Shown piece after piece: positions 47,510 through 57,754 of a stretch of 64,000 bases of DNA; position 1 is the stretch's first letter, and every line of letters begins with the position of its first letter. The notes under the pieces were generated by a model. That model searched no databases and was not told the origin of the DNA. It saw only the letters and a list, made by a program, of their open reading frames with translations. Origin of the DNA: an uncultured Bacteroidota bacterium (GTDB taxonomy: Bacteria > Bacteroidota > Bacteroidia > NS11-12g > UBA9320); assembly GCA_913050005.1 (NCBI GenBank), contig CAJXBI010000002.1, positions 9,540-73,539 of the forward strand. The letters run 5' to 3'. Both the position numbers and the translations under genes were made by a program.

Positions 47510-49144
47510 ATGAGCAAAACTGATTTGACATTTAATAAATATCAAGACGAGAACAAACGCCTTCTCAAAACCTACCAAGATCTGGCTGATAAGATTCATC
47601 TGGGTGGTGGAATAAAATCTGCTTCCAAACAACATAAAAAAGGAAAATTACTAGCACGAGAACGAATAGAATATCTAAAAGATGATGATGCTGATTTTTT
47701 AGAAATTGGAACTTATGTAGGGTACGAAATGTATGAAGAACACGGAGGATGTCCTGCTGGTGGAGTTGTTGGAGGAATTACTCGCGTCTCGGATAGACTA
47801 TGTTTGGTAGTGGCTAATGATGCTACTGTTAAAGCAGGAGCTTGGTTTCCTATTTCTGCTAAAAAGAACCTACGATTTCAAGAAATTGCCCTTGAAAACC
47901 ATATCCCAATTATCTATCTTGTGGATAGTGCCGGAGTTTATCTTCCGCTTCAAGATGAAATATTCCCCGACAAAGAACACTTTGGTCGAATTTTTAGGAA
48001 TAATGCACTTTTAAGTAGCAAAGGGATTCCCCAAATTGCTGCCGTAATGGGAAGCTGTGTTGCTGGTGGTGCTTATCTACCTATCATGAGTGATGAAGCT
48101 TTAATTGTAGATAAAACAGGGAGTATATTTTTGGCTGGTAGCTATCTCGTAAAAGCTGCTATTGGCGAAACAATTGATAATGAAACTTTGGGTGGATCAA
48201 TATCTCAGACCGATTTGTCTGGAGTTATAGATGACCGTTTTCCTGATGACAAATCATGCTTAGATCGGATCCGCTTCTTAGTGGATAAGATTGGAAATTC
48301 ACCTAAGGCTGGTTTTGACAGAACAGAACCACTAAAACCTAATCATGAACCCAATGATATTTTCGGTATTCTCCCAAGCGAAAGATCAAAACCATATAAA
48401 AGTTTAGAAATAATCAAACGTTTGGTAGATAAATCTGAATTTGAACAATACAAAGCAACTTATGGTAAAACTATAATATGCGGATATGCAAGAATTAATG
48501 GTTGGGCTGTAGGAATTGTGGCAAATAATAGAGAGATTATCAAAAATAAAAAAGGGGAAATGCAATTTGGCGGAGTTATCTATTCTGATAGTGCTGATAA
48601 AGCTGCACGATTCATAATGAATTGTAATCAAAAAAAAATTCCTTTAGTATTCTTACAAGATGTAACCGGATTTATGGTAGGAAGTAGAAGTGAGCATGGC
48701 GGAATTATTAAAGATGGAGCTAAAATGGTAAATGCAATGAGTAATAGTACAGTTCCAAAATTTACCATCGTCATAGGTAATAGCTATGGAGCTGGAAATT
48801 ATGCAATGTGCGGTAAAGCCTATGATCCTCGCTTAATAGTTGCGTGGCCCTCTGCAAAAATTGCTGTAATGGGTGGAGAACAAGCTGCAAAAGTCTTGTT
48901 ACAAATAGAAAAAGCCTCACTTTCTAAAAAAGGAGAAGAGATTAGTCCAGAAAAAGAAACTGAATTACTTGAAAATATCATCAATCGCTACAATAATCAA
49001 ACTACGCCAAAATATGCTGCATCGAGACTTTGGGTTGATGAAATCATTAATCCTCTAGATACAAGAAAATGGATAAGTACCGGTATTGAAATTGCAAACA
49101 ATGCTCCCATCAAAAAATACAACGTGGGTGTAATTCAAACATAA
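47510..49144 (+). CDS. Acyl-CoA carboxylase carboxyltransferase (beta) subunit, methylcrotonyl-/propionyl-CoA carboxylase type
   Basis: About 544 aa with the two-domain carboxyltransferase pattern (GGGIKSASKQHKKGKLLARERI..., VVANDATVKAGAW, DSAGVYLP, GSCVAGGAY, FLQDVTGFMVG, IGNSYGAGNYAM). Confidence 0.85.
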   Translation: MSKTDLTFNKYQDENKRLLKTYQDLADKIHLGGGIKSASKQHKKGKLLARERIEYLKDDDADFLEIGTYVGYEMYEEHGGCPAGGVVGGITRVSDRLCLVVANDATVKAGAWFPISAKKNLRFQEIALENHIPIIYLVDSAGVYLPLQDEIFPDKEHFGRIFRNNALLSSKGIPQIAAVMGSCVAGGAYLPIMSDEALIVDKTGSIFLAGSYLVKAAIGETIDNETLGGSISQTDLSGVIDDRFPDDKSCLDRIRFLVDKIGNSPKAGFDRTEPLKPNHEPNDIFGILPSERSKPYKSLEIIKRLVDKSEFEQYKATYGKTIICGYARINGWAVGIVANNREIIKNKKGEMQFGGVIYSDSADKAARFIMNCNQKKIPLVFLQDVTGFMVGSRSEHGGIIKDGAKMVNAMSNSTVPKFTIVIGNSYGAGNYAMCGKAYDPRLIVAWPSAKIAVMGGEQAAKVLLQIEKASLSKKGEEISPEKETELLENIINRYNNQTTPKYAASRLWVDEIINPLDTRKWISTGIEIANNAPIKKYNVGVIQT

Positions 49145-49145
49145 T

Positions 49146-50705
49146 ATGAAACGAATAAATATATACATCATTACCCTTTGGATAGCTATTGGAGTAATGG
49201 CACAAAATCCTAATGATTCTTTATGGCACCTTCTTCCCTATTCTAAAAAAGGAAATGCGGGCATAGGTTACCAAGAAGCTTTAAATATGATGAAGGATAA
49301 AAAACCACAATCAATTATTGTTGCAATTGCTGATGCTGGAGTTGATATTTATCATCCAGATCTAATAAAAAATCTTTGGAAAAATCCTCTTGAAGTCGAA
49401 GGAAACAAAATTGATGATGATAATAATGGATACATTGATGATGTATATGGCTGGAATTTTATTGGTGGTACAACTTATGACAACATGGAGTTGACTCGTC
49501 AATACGCTCGATTAAATCCTATTTATGAATTAAAATCTGAAGCCCAAGCAAATAACCCTGATGAATACACTACCTATCTTAAGATGAAGAAAAAATTCTT
49601 AAAACAAAAAAGAGAGGCTAAACTCTATTTTGAATTCTTTCAAATTATTAACGAAGGAGTTGAATCCATTGAAAAACAATATGATGGTAATATTGACAAA
49701 ACCACCATCGAAAATCACAAAAGCAAAGGTAAATCTGAAGAAATAGCTAAAAGAATGATTATTCGATATGGTAAAATGACTAAGTCTTTTGATTTGACAA
49801 CAATGAAAAAAGATTTAGTAGAAGGTTACAAACAATACGACTACATACACAACTACGCGTACAATATAAGTTTTGACCCACGAACTGAATTTGTCGGGGA
49901 CGATTATTACAACCTAGATGAACGAGTATATGGAAATAATCAAGTATACTACGGACCGGATTTTTCTTCACACGGAACCCATGTAGCTGGGATTGTAGCT
50001 GCTGATGGAAGCAATAATTTTGGGGCAAAAGGGATATGCTCTAGCTGTAAGATAATGAGTATCCGAAATGTGCCTGAGGGAGACGAAAGGGACAAAGACG
50101 TCGCTAATGGCATCCGATATGCTACTGACAATGGGGCCAAAATTGTGAATATGAGTTTTGGAAAAGGGTATAGTGATTTTCCTTTAGCCGTCAAAGAAGC
50201 AATTAAATATGCAGCAAGTAAGGATGTATTGCTCGTTCATGCTGCAGGAAATGATGGTAAAAACAATGACAAATCTGATAATTTTCCACATGACTTTAAC
50301 GATGCCTATCCCAATTGGATAGAAGTTGGAGCAAGTAATTGGAGGTCGGGATCAAAGGCTTTAGCCCCTTTCTCAAATTACGGCAAGACAGAGGTAGACC
50401 TATTCTCACCTGGCGTTGATATATACAGTACAACCCCCGAAAACCAGTATGAGGCATATGATGGAACTAGCATGGCTAGTCCAGTTGTCTCTGGGGTAGC
50501 TGGGTTTATATGGAGTTATTATCCTGACCTATCAGCTGCCCAACTAAAAAATATCATCCTAAAAAGTTCTGTTCCATTAAAAGGTAGAATTCGAATACCT
50601 GGAAGTAAAAGAAAAACAAAAGCACATAAATTATCAAAAACTGGTGGTTTGGTAAATCTTCCAAATGCTCTTCGTTTGGCCGAAAAAACAATGGTAAAAC
50701 CATAA
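49146..50705 (+). CDS. S8 family serine peptidase (subtilase), secreted
   Basis: Signal peptide and the catalytic triad contexts IADAGVD (Asp), HGTHVAGIVAA (His) and GTSMASPVVSG (Ser). Confidence 0.9.
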   Translation: MKRINIYIITLWIAIGVMAQNPNDSLWHLLPYSKKGNAGIGYQEALNMMKDKKPQSIIVAIADAGVDIYHPDLIKNLWKNPLEVEGNKIDDDNNGYIDDVYGWNFIGGTTYDNMELTRQYARLNPIYELKSEAQANNPDEYTTYLKMKKKFLKQKREAKLYFEFFQIINEGVESIEKQYDGNIDKTTIENHKSKGKSEEIAKRMIIRYGKMTKSFDLTTMKKDLVEGYKQYDYIHNYAYNISFDPRTEFVGDDYYNLDERVYGNNQVYYGPDFSSHGTHVAGIVAADGSNNFGAKGICSSCKIMSIRNVPEGDERDKDVANGIRYATDNGAKIVNMSFGKGYSDFPLAVKEAIKYAASKDVLLVHAAGNDGKNNDKSDNFPHDFNDAYPNWIEVGASNWRSGSKALAPFSNYGKTEVDLFSPGVDIYSTTPENQYEAYDGTSMASPVVSGVAGFIWSYYPDLSAAQLKNIILKSSVPLKGRIRIPGSKRKTKAHKLSKTGGLVNLPNALRLAEKTMVKP

Positions 50706-50709
50706 TTTG

Positions 50710-52314
50710 ATGCAAAAAATACTCGTATTTATTTTATCAATTGGTATTTTATCATGTAGTTCTCCCAAAACAACTGTGGACGAAATTATTATTGGTAAAA
50801 AAATATATGTGTGTGACAGTTTATTTTCAACTGCAGAAGCAATGGCCTTGTGTGGCTCAAAAATAGTGGAATGGGGTAGTAAAGATGATATCATAAAAAA
50901 ATATAGTTCAGAAAAAATATCGATACATGAAGGATATATTTATCCAGGTTTTATTGATGCTCATTCACATTTCTATGGATACGGTACCACACTCAATAAA
51001 GTTGATTTAAGAAATACATTCAGCCTAGAAGATGTAGTTAATAAGACTGTTGAATTTGCCAAATCAAATAAAGATTATTGGATAACAGGACGTGGTTGGG
51101 ATCAAACAGACTGGACTGAAAAAGGAAGTATTTCAAATAACTTACTGAACATCTATTTCCCAGATAGACCCGTCTTCATCAAGCGTATAGATGGTCATGC
51201 TGCAATCGCAAATAGAAAAGCTCTTGAACTTGCTGGTATCACAAACAAGACATCGATAGAGGGCGGCACAATTGAACAAAAAAATGGTATGATGACCGGA
51301 CTTCTTACCGATAACGCTATGAAATTAGTTGACGGTATAATTTCCAAACCAAGCCGATCAAGCCAAATTTCAGCTCTTCTTAAAGCTCAAGAAAATTGTT
51401 TTAAAGCTGGACTAACATCTGTTACTGATGCAGGACTTGACTTGAGCATCATTCAACTAATAGATAGCCTTCAACAATCAGGCGATTTAAAAATCAGATT
51501 ATATATCATGGCTAATCCTAGTCGTGAAAATTTTGAATATTTCAAAAAAAATGGAGCTATAACAAGGCCAAAGCTTCAGGTATCTTCATTTAAGATCTAT
51601 GCAGATGGTGCTTTAGGATCAAGAGGAGCAAAATTAAAAGCTCCATATTGTGATAAAGAAAATTTTACGGGGGTATGGGTGACTAATCCAAAAACCATTG
51701 ACTCCTTATGTGAGCAAATTCTAGCTATGAATTTTCAAGCTAATACACATTGTATTGGAGATAGTGCAAATAGAAAAGTACTCGAAATTTACGGAAAGCA
51801 TCTCAAAGGCAAAAATGACCATCGTTGGAGGATTGAACACGCACAAGTTATTACACCATCTGACCGAAATCTATTTGTAGATTATTCCATCATCCCCAGC
51901 GTTCAACCTACCCATGCAACAAGTGACATGAATTGGGCTTCAGATAGGATTTGCTCTCATCGTATGGATGGTGCATATGCATATCGAAGTCTATTAAAAC
52001 TTAACCATTATTTACCTCTTGGAACTGACTTTCCAATTGAAGATATCTCGCCATTAAAAACCTTTTATGCGGCTGTTTATCGTCAAAATGAAAAAAACAA
52101 ACCCATTGGAGGCTTTATGATGAATGAGTCATTGTCTCCCAAAGAAGCATTATTTGGTATGACTAGATGGGCTGCAAAAAGCAACCGAATGGAACAAAAC
52201 ATTGGTTCGCTTGAAGAAGGTAAACTAGCAGACTACATTGTTCTAGATCAGGATATTGTGTATGACCGATATATGCTTGATACAAAAATTATAAAAACTG
52301 TATTGGCAGATTAG
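50710..52314 (+). CDS. Amidohydrolase-family metal-dependent hydrolase (YtcJ-like), lipoprotein
   Basis: Lipobox ILSCSS, metal motif GFIDAHSHF and later HCIGD / EHAQ motifs of the amidohydrolase_3 type. ATG 50710 follows the TTG at 50707. Confidence 0.8.
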   Translation: MQKILVFILSIGILSCSSPKTTVDEIIIGKKIYVCDSLFSTAEAMALCGSKIVEWGSKDDIIKKYSSEKISIHEGYIYPGFIDAHSHFYGYGTTLNKVDLRNTFSLEDVVNKTVEFAKSNKDYWITGRGWDQTDWTEKGSISNNLLNIYFPDRPVFIKRIDGHAAIANRKALELAGITNKTSIEGGTIEQKNGMMTGLLTDNAMKLVDGIISKPSRSSQISALLKAQENCFKAGLTSVTDAGLDLSIIQLIDSLQQSGDLKIRLYIMANPSRENFEYFKKNGAITRPKLQVSSFKIYADGALGSRGAKLKAPYCDKENFTGVWVTNPKTIDSLCEQILAMNFQANTHCIGDSANRKVLEIYGKHLKGKNDHRWRIEHAQVITPSDRNLFVDYSIIPSVQPTHATSDMNWASDRICSHRMDGAYAYRSLLKLNHYLPLGTDFPIEDISPLKTFYAAVYRQNEKNKPIGGFMMNESLSPKEALFGMTRWAAKSNRMEQNIGSLEEGKLADYIVLDQDIVYDRYMLDTKIIKTVLAD

Positions 52315-52320
52315 TTAAAA

Positions 52321-53607
52321 CTATCGCTCACTTCTTGGAACAAATCTACGAGCAACTGGTCCTGTATAGATTTGACGAGGACGACCAATAGGCTGTTTAT
52401 CTTCCATCATTTCCTTCCATTGTGCAATCCATCCTGGAAGTCTTCCTAAAGCAAACAATACTGTGAACATCTCAATAGGGAATCCCATAGCTTTATAAAT
52501 TATTCCAGAATAGAAGTCAACATTTGGAAATAATTTTCTCTCAACAAAATAGGGATCATTTAGTACAACCTCTTCCAATTTTTTGGCTATTTCAAGGGTA
52601 GGATCATTAACTCCAAGTTTTGCTAGAACCTCATCAGCAGATTTTTTGATAATCTTGGCTCGAGGATCAAAGTTTTTGTATACACGGTGACCAAATCCCA
52701 TTAGTCTAAATGGATCGCTTTTATCTTTTGCTTTATCAATAAATTTCTGTGCGTCACCACCGTCTGCGTAAATAGCCTCTAGCATTTCAATTACTTTTTG
52801 ATTGGCTCCTCCATGCAATGGACCCCATAATGATGCAATACCAGCACTAATAGATGCATATAAGTTAGCATGTGATGAACCCACTAATCTTACGGTTGAC
52901 GCAGAACAATTTTGTTCGTGATCAGCATGTAAAATCATAAGCTTGTTCATAGCACTAACAAGCACTGGATCAATATGATAATCTTCAGTAACGTGCTTGA
53001 ACGTCATATTCAAATAATTTTCAACATAGCCAAGGCTATTTTGAGGATAGATTAATGGATGCCCAATTCTTTTTTTGGAGATCATAGCACAAATAGTTGG
53101 CATTTTTGCGAGTAATCGAGTAATGGTTCTCATCCTAGCCTCATCACCTGAGTTTGGATTTAAGCTTTCTGGGTAAAACGAAGATAGCGATGATATCATC
53201 GCAATTAGTTGCCCCATTGGGTGTGAACCAGTAGGCCAAGCGTCAAAAATATTTTTTAAATCACCATTTACTAACGTATGTCTTGTGATTTCAGTATCCC
53301 ATTTCTCGTATTGTTCCTCATTGGGCAACTCACCATTTATTAGTAAATAAGCGACTTCTAAAAACTCTGCTTTATCTGCTAATTCCTCGATTGAATATCC
53401 ACGATGTCTTAGAATTCCTGCCTCACCATCTAGATAAGTGATGTTACTGGAAGTACTTCCCGTATTCTTGTAGCCCAAATCTAAGGTTACTGCGCCTGTC
53501 TCAGCTCTTAATTTGCTAATGTCTATACCTATCTCATTTTCTGATCCAACGACCATAGGTAATTCTGCTTCTTTTCCTTGTATATTTATTTTTGCTGTTT
53601 CAGACAT
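52321..53607 (-). CDS. gltA: Citrate synthase (type II)
   Basis: Active-site contexts HADHEQN and GFGHRVYK. Start set at ATG 53607 (MSETAKINIQGKE) because the track's TTG at 53646 lies inside a promoter box. Confidence 0.93.
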   Translation of the reverse strand: MSETAKINIQGKEAELPMVVGSENEIGIDISKLRAETGAVTLDLGYKNTGSTSSNITYLDGEAGILRHRGYSIEELADKAEFLEVAYLLINGELPNEEQYEKWDTEITRHTLVNGDLKNIFDAWPTGSHPMGQLIAMISSLSSFYPESLNPNSGDEARMRTITRLLAKMPTICAMISKKRIGHPLIYPQNSLGYVENYLNMTFKHVTEDYHIDPVLVSAMNKLMILHADHEQNCSASTVRLVGSSHANLYASISAGIASLWGPLHGGANQKVIEMLEAIYADGGDAQKFIDKAKDKSDPFRLMGFGHRVYKNFDPRAKIIKKSADEVLAKLGVNDPTLEIAKKLEEVVLNDPYFVERKLFPNVDFYSGIIYKAMGFPIEMFTVLFALGRLPGWIAQWKEMMEDKQPIGRPRQIYTGPVARRFVPRSER

Positions 53608-53643
53608 GGGTTGATTGGATTTAATTATAAATTTTTGATGTTG

Positions 53644-53651
53644 CAAATTTA
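53644..53651 (-). promoter_or_regulatory. -7 promoter box TAAATTTG for gltA
   Basis: Exact TAnnTTTG on the minus strand, 37 nt upstream of ATG 53607. Confidence 0.5.
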
Positions 53652-53708
53652 CGTTTTTACCCCCTATTTTAAAAGTAAGTCAATTAATTATTTCCGTTAT
53701 TATTAGTT

Positions 53709-53716
53709 TAGTTTTG
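53709..53716 (+). promoter_or_regulatory. -7 promoter box TAGTTTTG for the 53739 gene
   Basis: Exact TAnnTTTG, 23 nt before ATG 53739. Confidence 0.45.
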
Positions 53717-53738
53717 TTTTTTATTATGACTACAAAAT

Positions 53739-54404
53739 ATGTCTGAAAAACTAGTTGAAATCATCGACGGATTAAATAATAAGGCTGCTCTAAAGCAGCA
53801 TATTTACAGGAATACAATAACAGTATTCGAACAATTTAAAAAATGTGCATCAGAGATTGCGGACAAGCTTACCCCTGAGGTCATCTCTGAAGATAACAGT
53901 TTGGAAGTTGGTCTATCCGAAATTGGAGAATTCGAATTTCACTTAAAATTTAGTGGAGATACTATTGCTTTCATTATGCACACCAATGTTTTTTCGTTTC
54001 CTCCCGAACATGAAGTTAGTAAATCATCTTATGTCAATGAAGCCTCTGATCGAGGATATTGTGGGATGATTCAAGCCTATAATTTTTTGTCAGACTCGTT
54101 AAAATACCAACGACTGGGGGACATTGGCTATCTACTTGCTCGAATTTTTATTAACTGTGAAGGTAATTTTTACGTGGATGGTCAACGACAACTAGATTTT
54201 TTATTCAAAGATTTTAATAAACAAAAAATCGACAATGAATCCATCATTAAAGTAATTGAACAAACCATGCTATACGCTCTTGATTTTGATCTATATATCC
54301 CTCCCACGGATACCATGAAAGAAATAACTGTTCAGGAGAAAGATTATTTTAATAATCCTAGGGGGTTTGCAACGGGAAAAAGATTAGGATTTAAAAAAGA
54401 CTAA
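53739..54404 (+). CDS. Hypothetical cytoplasmic protein
   Basis: 221-aa ORF with normal coding composition and its own promoter box. I recognise no motif. Confidence 0.5.
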   Translation: MSEKLVEIIDGLNNKAALKQHIYRNTITVFEQFKKCASEIADKLTPEVISEDNSLEVGLSEIGEFEFHLKFSGDTIAFIMHTNVFSFPPEHEVSKSSYVNEASDRGYCGMIQAYNFLSDSLKYQRLGDIGYLLARIFINCEGNFYVDGQRQLDFLFKDFNKQKIDNESIIKVIEQTMLYALDFDLYIPPTDTMKEITVQEKDYFNNPRGFATGKRLGFKKD

Positions 54405-54670
54405 CTAATCGTATTTAATTCCATCCACTCTACTCCTTTTGCAGTAGCTTTAAATGAACTTTCTTTCATTTTATCACTATCATAAATCCAAGAAAGACTT
54501 ACATAAGAATTTGATGCAACTAGAAGTTTGTGATGAATTAAATTTTTAATTGCATCAGCTATCACACTTTGCTTAGTTTCTAAATTACATTCATCTACTA
54601 GCGTTTCAAAAGACTCTATGAACAAACACGATCGCAGTAATTCGGATTCTAAATCAGGTAGTTCTATCAT
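54401..54670 (-). CDS. Hypothetical small protein, last gene of the flippase-like/GT2 string
   Basis: 89 aa with no TM segment. The start overlaps the GT2 stop by 4 nt (ATGA), which suggests translational coupling. Confidence 0.45.
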   Translation of the reverse strand: MIELPDLESELLRSCLFIESFETLVDECNLETKQSVIADAIKNLIHHKLLVASNSYVSLSWIYDSDKMKESSFKATAKGVEWMELNTIS

Positions 54671-55773
54671 TTAACAACTCTAGCTTTCCATTTGTAACTC
54701 AATAATTGAGAGAAAATTGGCAATATAGCCATATATGTTACATGGAATAACTGACCAAATAAAATCAAAAAATAGCCTTTTTTAACACCTATAAATTGCA
54801 TATAGTTATTATAAAAATTTAACTCTGAAATTGTTTTAACAAGTAACAAAAAAAACGCAACCAAAATACCCAGTTTTGAGAACGATAATACAGAACCAAT
54901 AATAATAAAATTGTACAGCCATATGCAAATCATTAAAACGGTGTTAAATCTAGAATCATAATCACTATTTTTACTTGCCCAACGAAGACGTTGATTCCAA
55001 AAAAACGACAAACTTTTGGGACCTTCTGTCTTTACTATAGCTTGTTTATTTTTACAAAATTGAATGCTATTTTGCTGTGAGTTAAAGGCACTTAATAAAA
55101 GAAAAATATCATCTCCGCTTGCTCTATTTAAATGGATATTCGCGTTAGCGACTAAACTACGTCGATATGCCATATTAGCTCCATTGCACATGAGAGGCTT
55201 TTGCCAATTTATATGTGCAGCTCCAATTGCTATTAATGATGTAAAATCCAAGGCTATTATTTTTTGTAAGAAATTTTTTGGTTCAAAATAAATTACCGGA
55301 CCACTCACAAAATCTATTGACTCATGATCAAACGACTGCAACATTGAAGGAATCCACTGTTGAGGCAATGCACAGTCTGCGTCTGTTTGAAATATAATTT
55401 CTCCTCCAGATTTTTCCCAACCTAACTCAATTGCCGCCTTTTTACCTTTTTTGTCCTCTAAATGAAGCACAGAAAAAGGCAACTTACATAAACTTAATAA
55501 ATCGCAACTAGAATCTGTAGAATGGTCATTAATAAATATTACCTCTAATTCAATACCATTTATCTCAAGCTGATTTAACGACTCTATAAATCGAGGCAAT
55601 GCATTTACCTCGTTTCTAAAAGGTACTAAAATAGAAATAAAAAAAGTTGATTTTTTTGAGGATATAATTCCCTCAATTTCAGTAATATTTTTCCATAGTT
55701 TACCATACTTTCTAAGTAGAATGTTATAGAAAGCTGCTAGTAAAAAAGTCAATAAGATATATATAGTTATCAT
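54667..55773 (-). CDS. Membrane-embedded family 2 glycosyltransferase (second QxxRW-type GT2)
   Basis: N-terminal TM segment, then ILVPFRNE, INDHSTD, QTDADC (DxD), CNGANMAYRR, SGDDIF and QRLRW, followed by C-terminal TM helices. The architecture matches the GT2 at 8225..9346. Confidence 0.8.
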   Translation of the reverse strand: MITIYILLTFLLAAFYNILLRKYGKLWKNITEIEGIISSKKSTFFISILVPFRNEVNALPRFIESLNQLEINGIELEVIFINDHSTDSSCDLLSLCKLPFSVLHLEDKKGKKAAIELGWEKSGGEIIFQTDADCALPQQWIPSMLQSFDHESIDFVSGPVIYFEPKNFLQKIIALDFTSLIAIGAAHINWQKPLMCNGANMAYRRSLVANANIHLNRASGDDIFLLLSAFNSQQNSIQFCKNKQAIVKTEGPKSLSFFWNQRLRWASKNSDYDSRFNTVLMICIWLYNFIIIGSVLSFSKLGILVAFFLLLVKTISELNFYNNYMQFIGVKKGYFLILFGQLFHVTYMAILPIFSQLLSYKWKARVVK

Positions 55774-56723
55774 TCTTTTAAAAAATTTGATGCAACTAAA
55801 AAAAATGCTCCAATAATTCCAGGTAAAATTAGATTAATTGCCCACAAACATGTTACAGATTGAACTAATGCTACATTTGAAATATATCCCCCAAATAATA
55901 AACTACAAACACCAACTCTAACACCAATATCTGAAATAGCGGGCACAGGGACAATACTTTGCAAAAGGAAGGCAACGGGAACTAACCACAAATAGTAAAC
56001 AGGTAATGAAAAATCTGAAAACAATTGCATTAAAGTAAATAGTTGAATCGTAAAAACAATATATCTTAAAAATGAATATATGATTACTCGGCCATAAACT
56101 GAAAAATTATATTGTTGAACTAACTTAAAAAACAATTGTATTTTGGATGGCAAGTAATTACTAATAAATCTAACTATTCTTTTAGAAAGAACTATAAATA
56201 CGAACAAAGAGAAACATAGCAGAACACTTAAAATAAATGACAAATGATCAAGCCAATCTTCATAAAAATCATAAAAATAATAGATTACTAAAATACTAAT
56301 TAATCCCAACCCATAAGTCATCAAAACTTGAGCAAGGTTACCAGCAACTGTAGCAATTGTTATTTTTAACGGATGAATACCTTTGAGAAGAAGGCTACGG
56401 CCAACATATTCTCCTGATCTTGCTGGAGTAAAATTACTAATTGCCATACCACCCAATACCGTAAAAAATGATTTTACCTGAGTTAAACTGCTACTTTGTA
56501 AAAGTAATTTAAATTTCATTGCTTCAAAATTCAAATTCAGGAAGACTAATAAGAATACCAATGTAAAAATGAATGGATAATTTTCAAATGCGTTTATTAA
56601 TCTGGGTAAAAATTCGATCGTCCAGTCTATATCCTTAATAGATCTATAAAAAAAAATAAATGACAAAATACTAAGAACCCACTTTAACAACGGGTATACA
56701 GTATTGTATGCGTTATATTTCAT
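55770..56723 (-). CDS. Flippase-like polytopic membrane protein (LPG-synthase-TM / UPF0104-like)
   Basis: 317 aa with about 8 TM helices. The topology and the GRSLLLKG-type loop recall the MprF N-terminal flippase-like domain family. It overlaps the GT2 start by 4 nt. Confidence 0.5.
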   Translation of the reverse strand: MKYNAYNTVYPLLKWVLSILSFIFFYRSIKDIDWTIEFLPRLINAFENYPFIFTLVFLLVFLNLNFEAMKFKLLLQSSSLTQVKSFFTVLGGMAISNFTPARSGEYVGRSLLLKGIHPLKITIATVAGNLAQVLMTYGLGLISILVIYYFYDFYEDWLDHLSFILSVLLCFSLFVFIVLSKRIVRFISNYLPSKIQLFFKLVQQYNFSVYGRVIIYSFLRYIVFTIQLFTLMQLFSDFSLPVYYLWLVPVAFLLQSIVPVPAISDIGVRVGVCSLLFGGYISNVALVQSVTCLWAINLILPGIIGAFFLVASNFLKE

Positions 56724-56768
56724 TTTCGAATAGCTTGTTAGTAATCGATAGAGGGGTTAGGGTTAACT

Positions 56769-57350
56769 TTGTGTTTAATTGTGGCGAAAGATAACAATTA
56801 CGATAAAATAATCTTGGGCATAGATCCCGGCACCAACATTGCTGGTTATGGAGTGATAGGAATTAAAAAAAATCAGCTTTACTATATCAGTATGGGGATC
56901 TTTGATTTACGTTCAGAAATTAACCACGCTATGAAACTCCAATCTATTTTTGATCAATGCTCAAAACTAATAGACACTTATCTTCCTGATGAGTTTGCTA
57001 TAGAGGCCCCATTTTACGGTAAAAATGCTCAAAGTATGCTTAAATTAGGTCGAGCACAAGGAGTAAGTATGGCAGCTGCACTTAACCGAAATATCCCAAT
57101 ATTTGAATATGCTCCAAGGAGAATCAAACAAAGTGTTACTGGAAGAGGGACAGCTACCAAGGATCAAGTAGCAGGAATGGTTAAATCATTATTGAGCTTG
57201 GAAACGCTGCATTCAAAATTTGATGCAACTGATGCTTTAGCTATTGCTATTTGCCACTATTTCTCATATAAACCTGGACAAGGGAATAATGACAAAAAGT
57301 TTGACAGCTGGAGTAGTTTTGTTTCAAAAAATCCAGACAAAATCAAATAG
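56769..57350 (+). CDS. ruvC: Crossover junction endodeoxyribonuclease RuvC
   Basis: ILGIDPGTNIAGYGVI with the catalytic Asp, later EAPFYGKN, and C-terminal DATDALAIAICH. The start is uncertain (TTG 56769 or GTG 56781). Confidence 0.88.
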   Translation: MCLIVAKDNNYDKIILGIDPGTNIAGYGVIGIKKNQLYYISMGIFDLRSEINHAMKLQSIFDQCSKLIDTYLPDEFAIEAPFYGKNAQSMLKLGRAQGVSMAAALNRNIPIFEYAPRRIKQSVTGRGTATKDQVAGMVKSLLSLETLHSKFDATDALAIAICHYFSYKPGQGNNDKKFDSWSSFVSKNPDKIK

Positions 57351-57352
57351 TT

Positions 57353-57754
57353 TTAATCTAATTTTTGAAAAGCTTGACTAATAGCTAAAGATATTTCAAG
57401 CATTCTGTTGGAATCTACTTCAATCTTAGGTTTTGAAAAATTAATATCTTCAACTGAATCTATAGGCACAAGGTGTATGTGAGCATGAGGAACTTCTAAT
57501 CCAATAACTGCTAATCCAATACGATTACATGATAAAACAGATTTCATAGCTATGGCAACTTTTTTTGAAAACAAATGTAGATCCGATAAATCTTGGTTAT
57601 CTATATCGAATATATAATCAATTGGCGATTTAGGTATAACTAGGACATGACCTTCTTTAAGTGGAAATACATCTAAAAATGCCAGACATTTTTCACTTTC
57701 AGCTACTTTGTAAGAGGGAACATCCCCAGCTAGAATTTTTTCAAAAATGGTCAC
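57353..57754 (-). CDS. HIT family protein
   Basis: Histidine triad HAHIHLVP. 133 aa. The GTG start shares 1 nt with the greA stop. Confidence 0.85.
   Translation of the reverse strand: MTIFEKILAGDVPSYKVAESEKCLAFLDVFPLKEGHVLVIPKSPIDYIFDIDNQDLSDLHLFSKKVAIAMKSVLSCNRIGLAVIGLEVPHAHIHLVPIDSVEDINFSKPKIEVDSNRMLEISLAISQAFQKLD

Noticed and set aside
53608-53646. N-terminal extensions implied by the ORF-track starts of gltA. The same applies to 47495 (carboxyltransferase), 14602 (coaD), 47203 (fsa), 33041 (mtaB), 16397, 13396, 6468, 1859 and 50707.
   Set aside because: The extensions begin at TTG or GTG codons, add non-conserved residues before canonical N-termini, or overlap a neighbouring gene. In three cases they contain the TAnnTTTG promoter box itself. 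Internal ATG starts were preferred.
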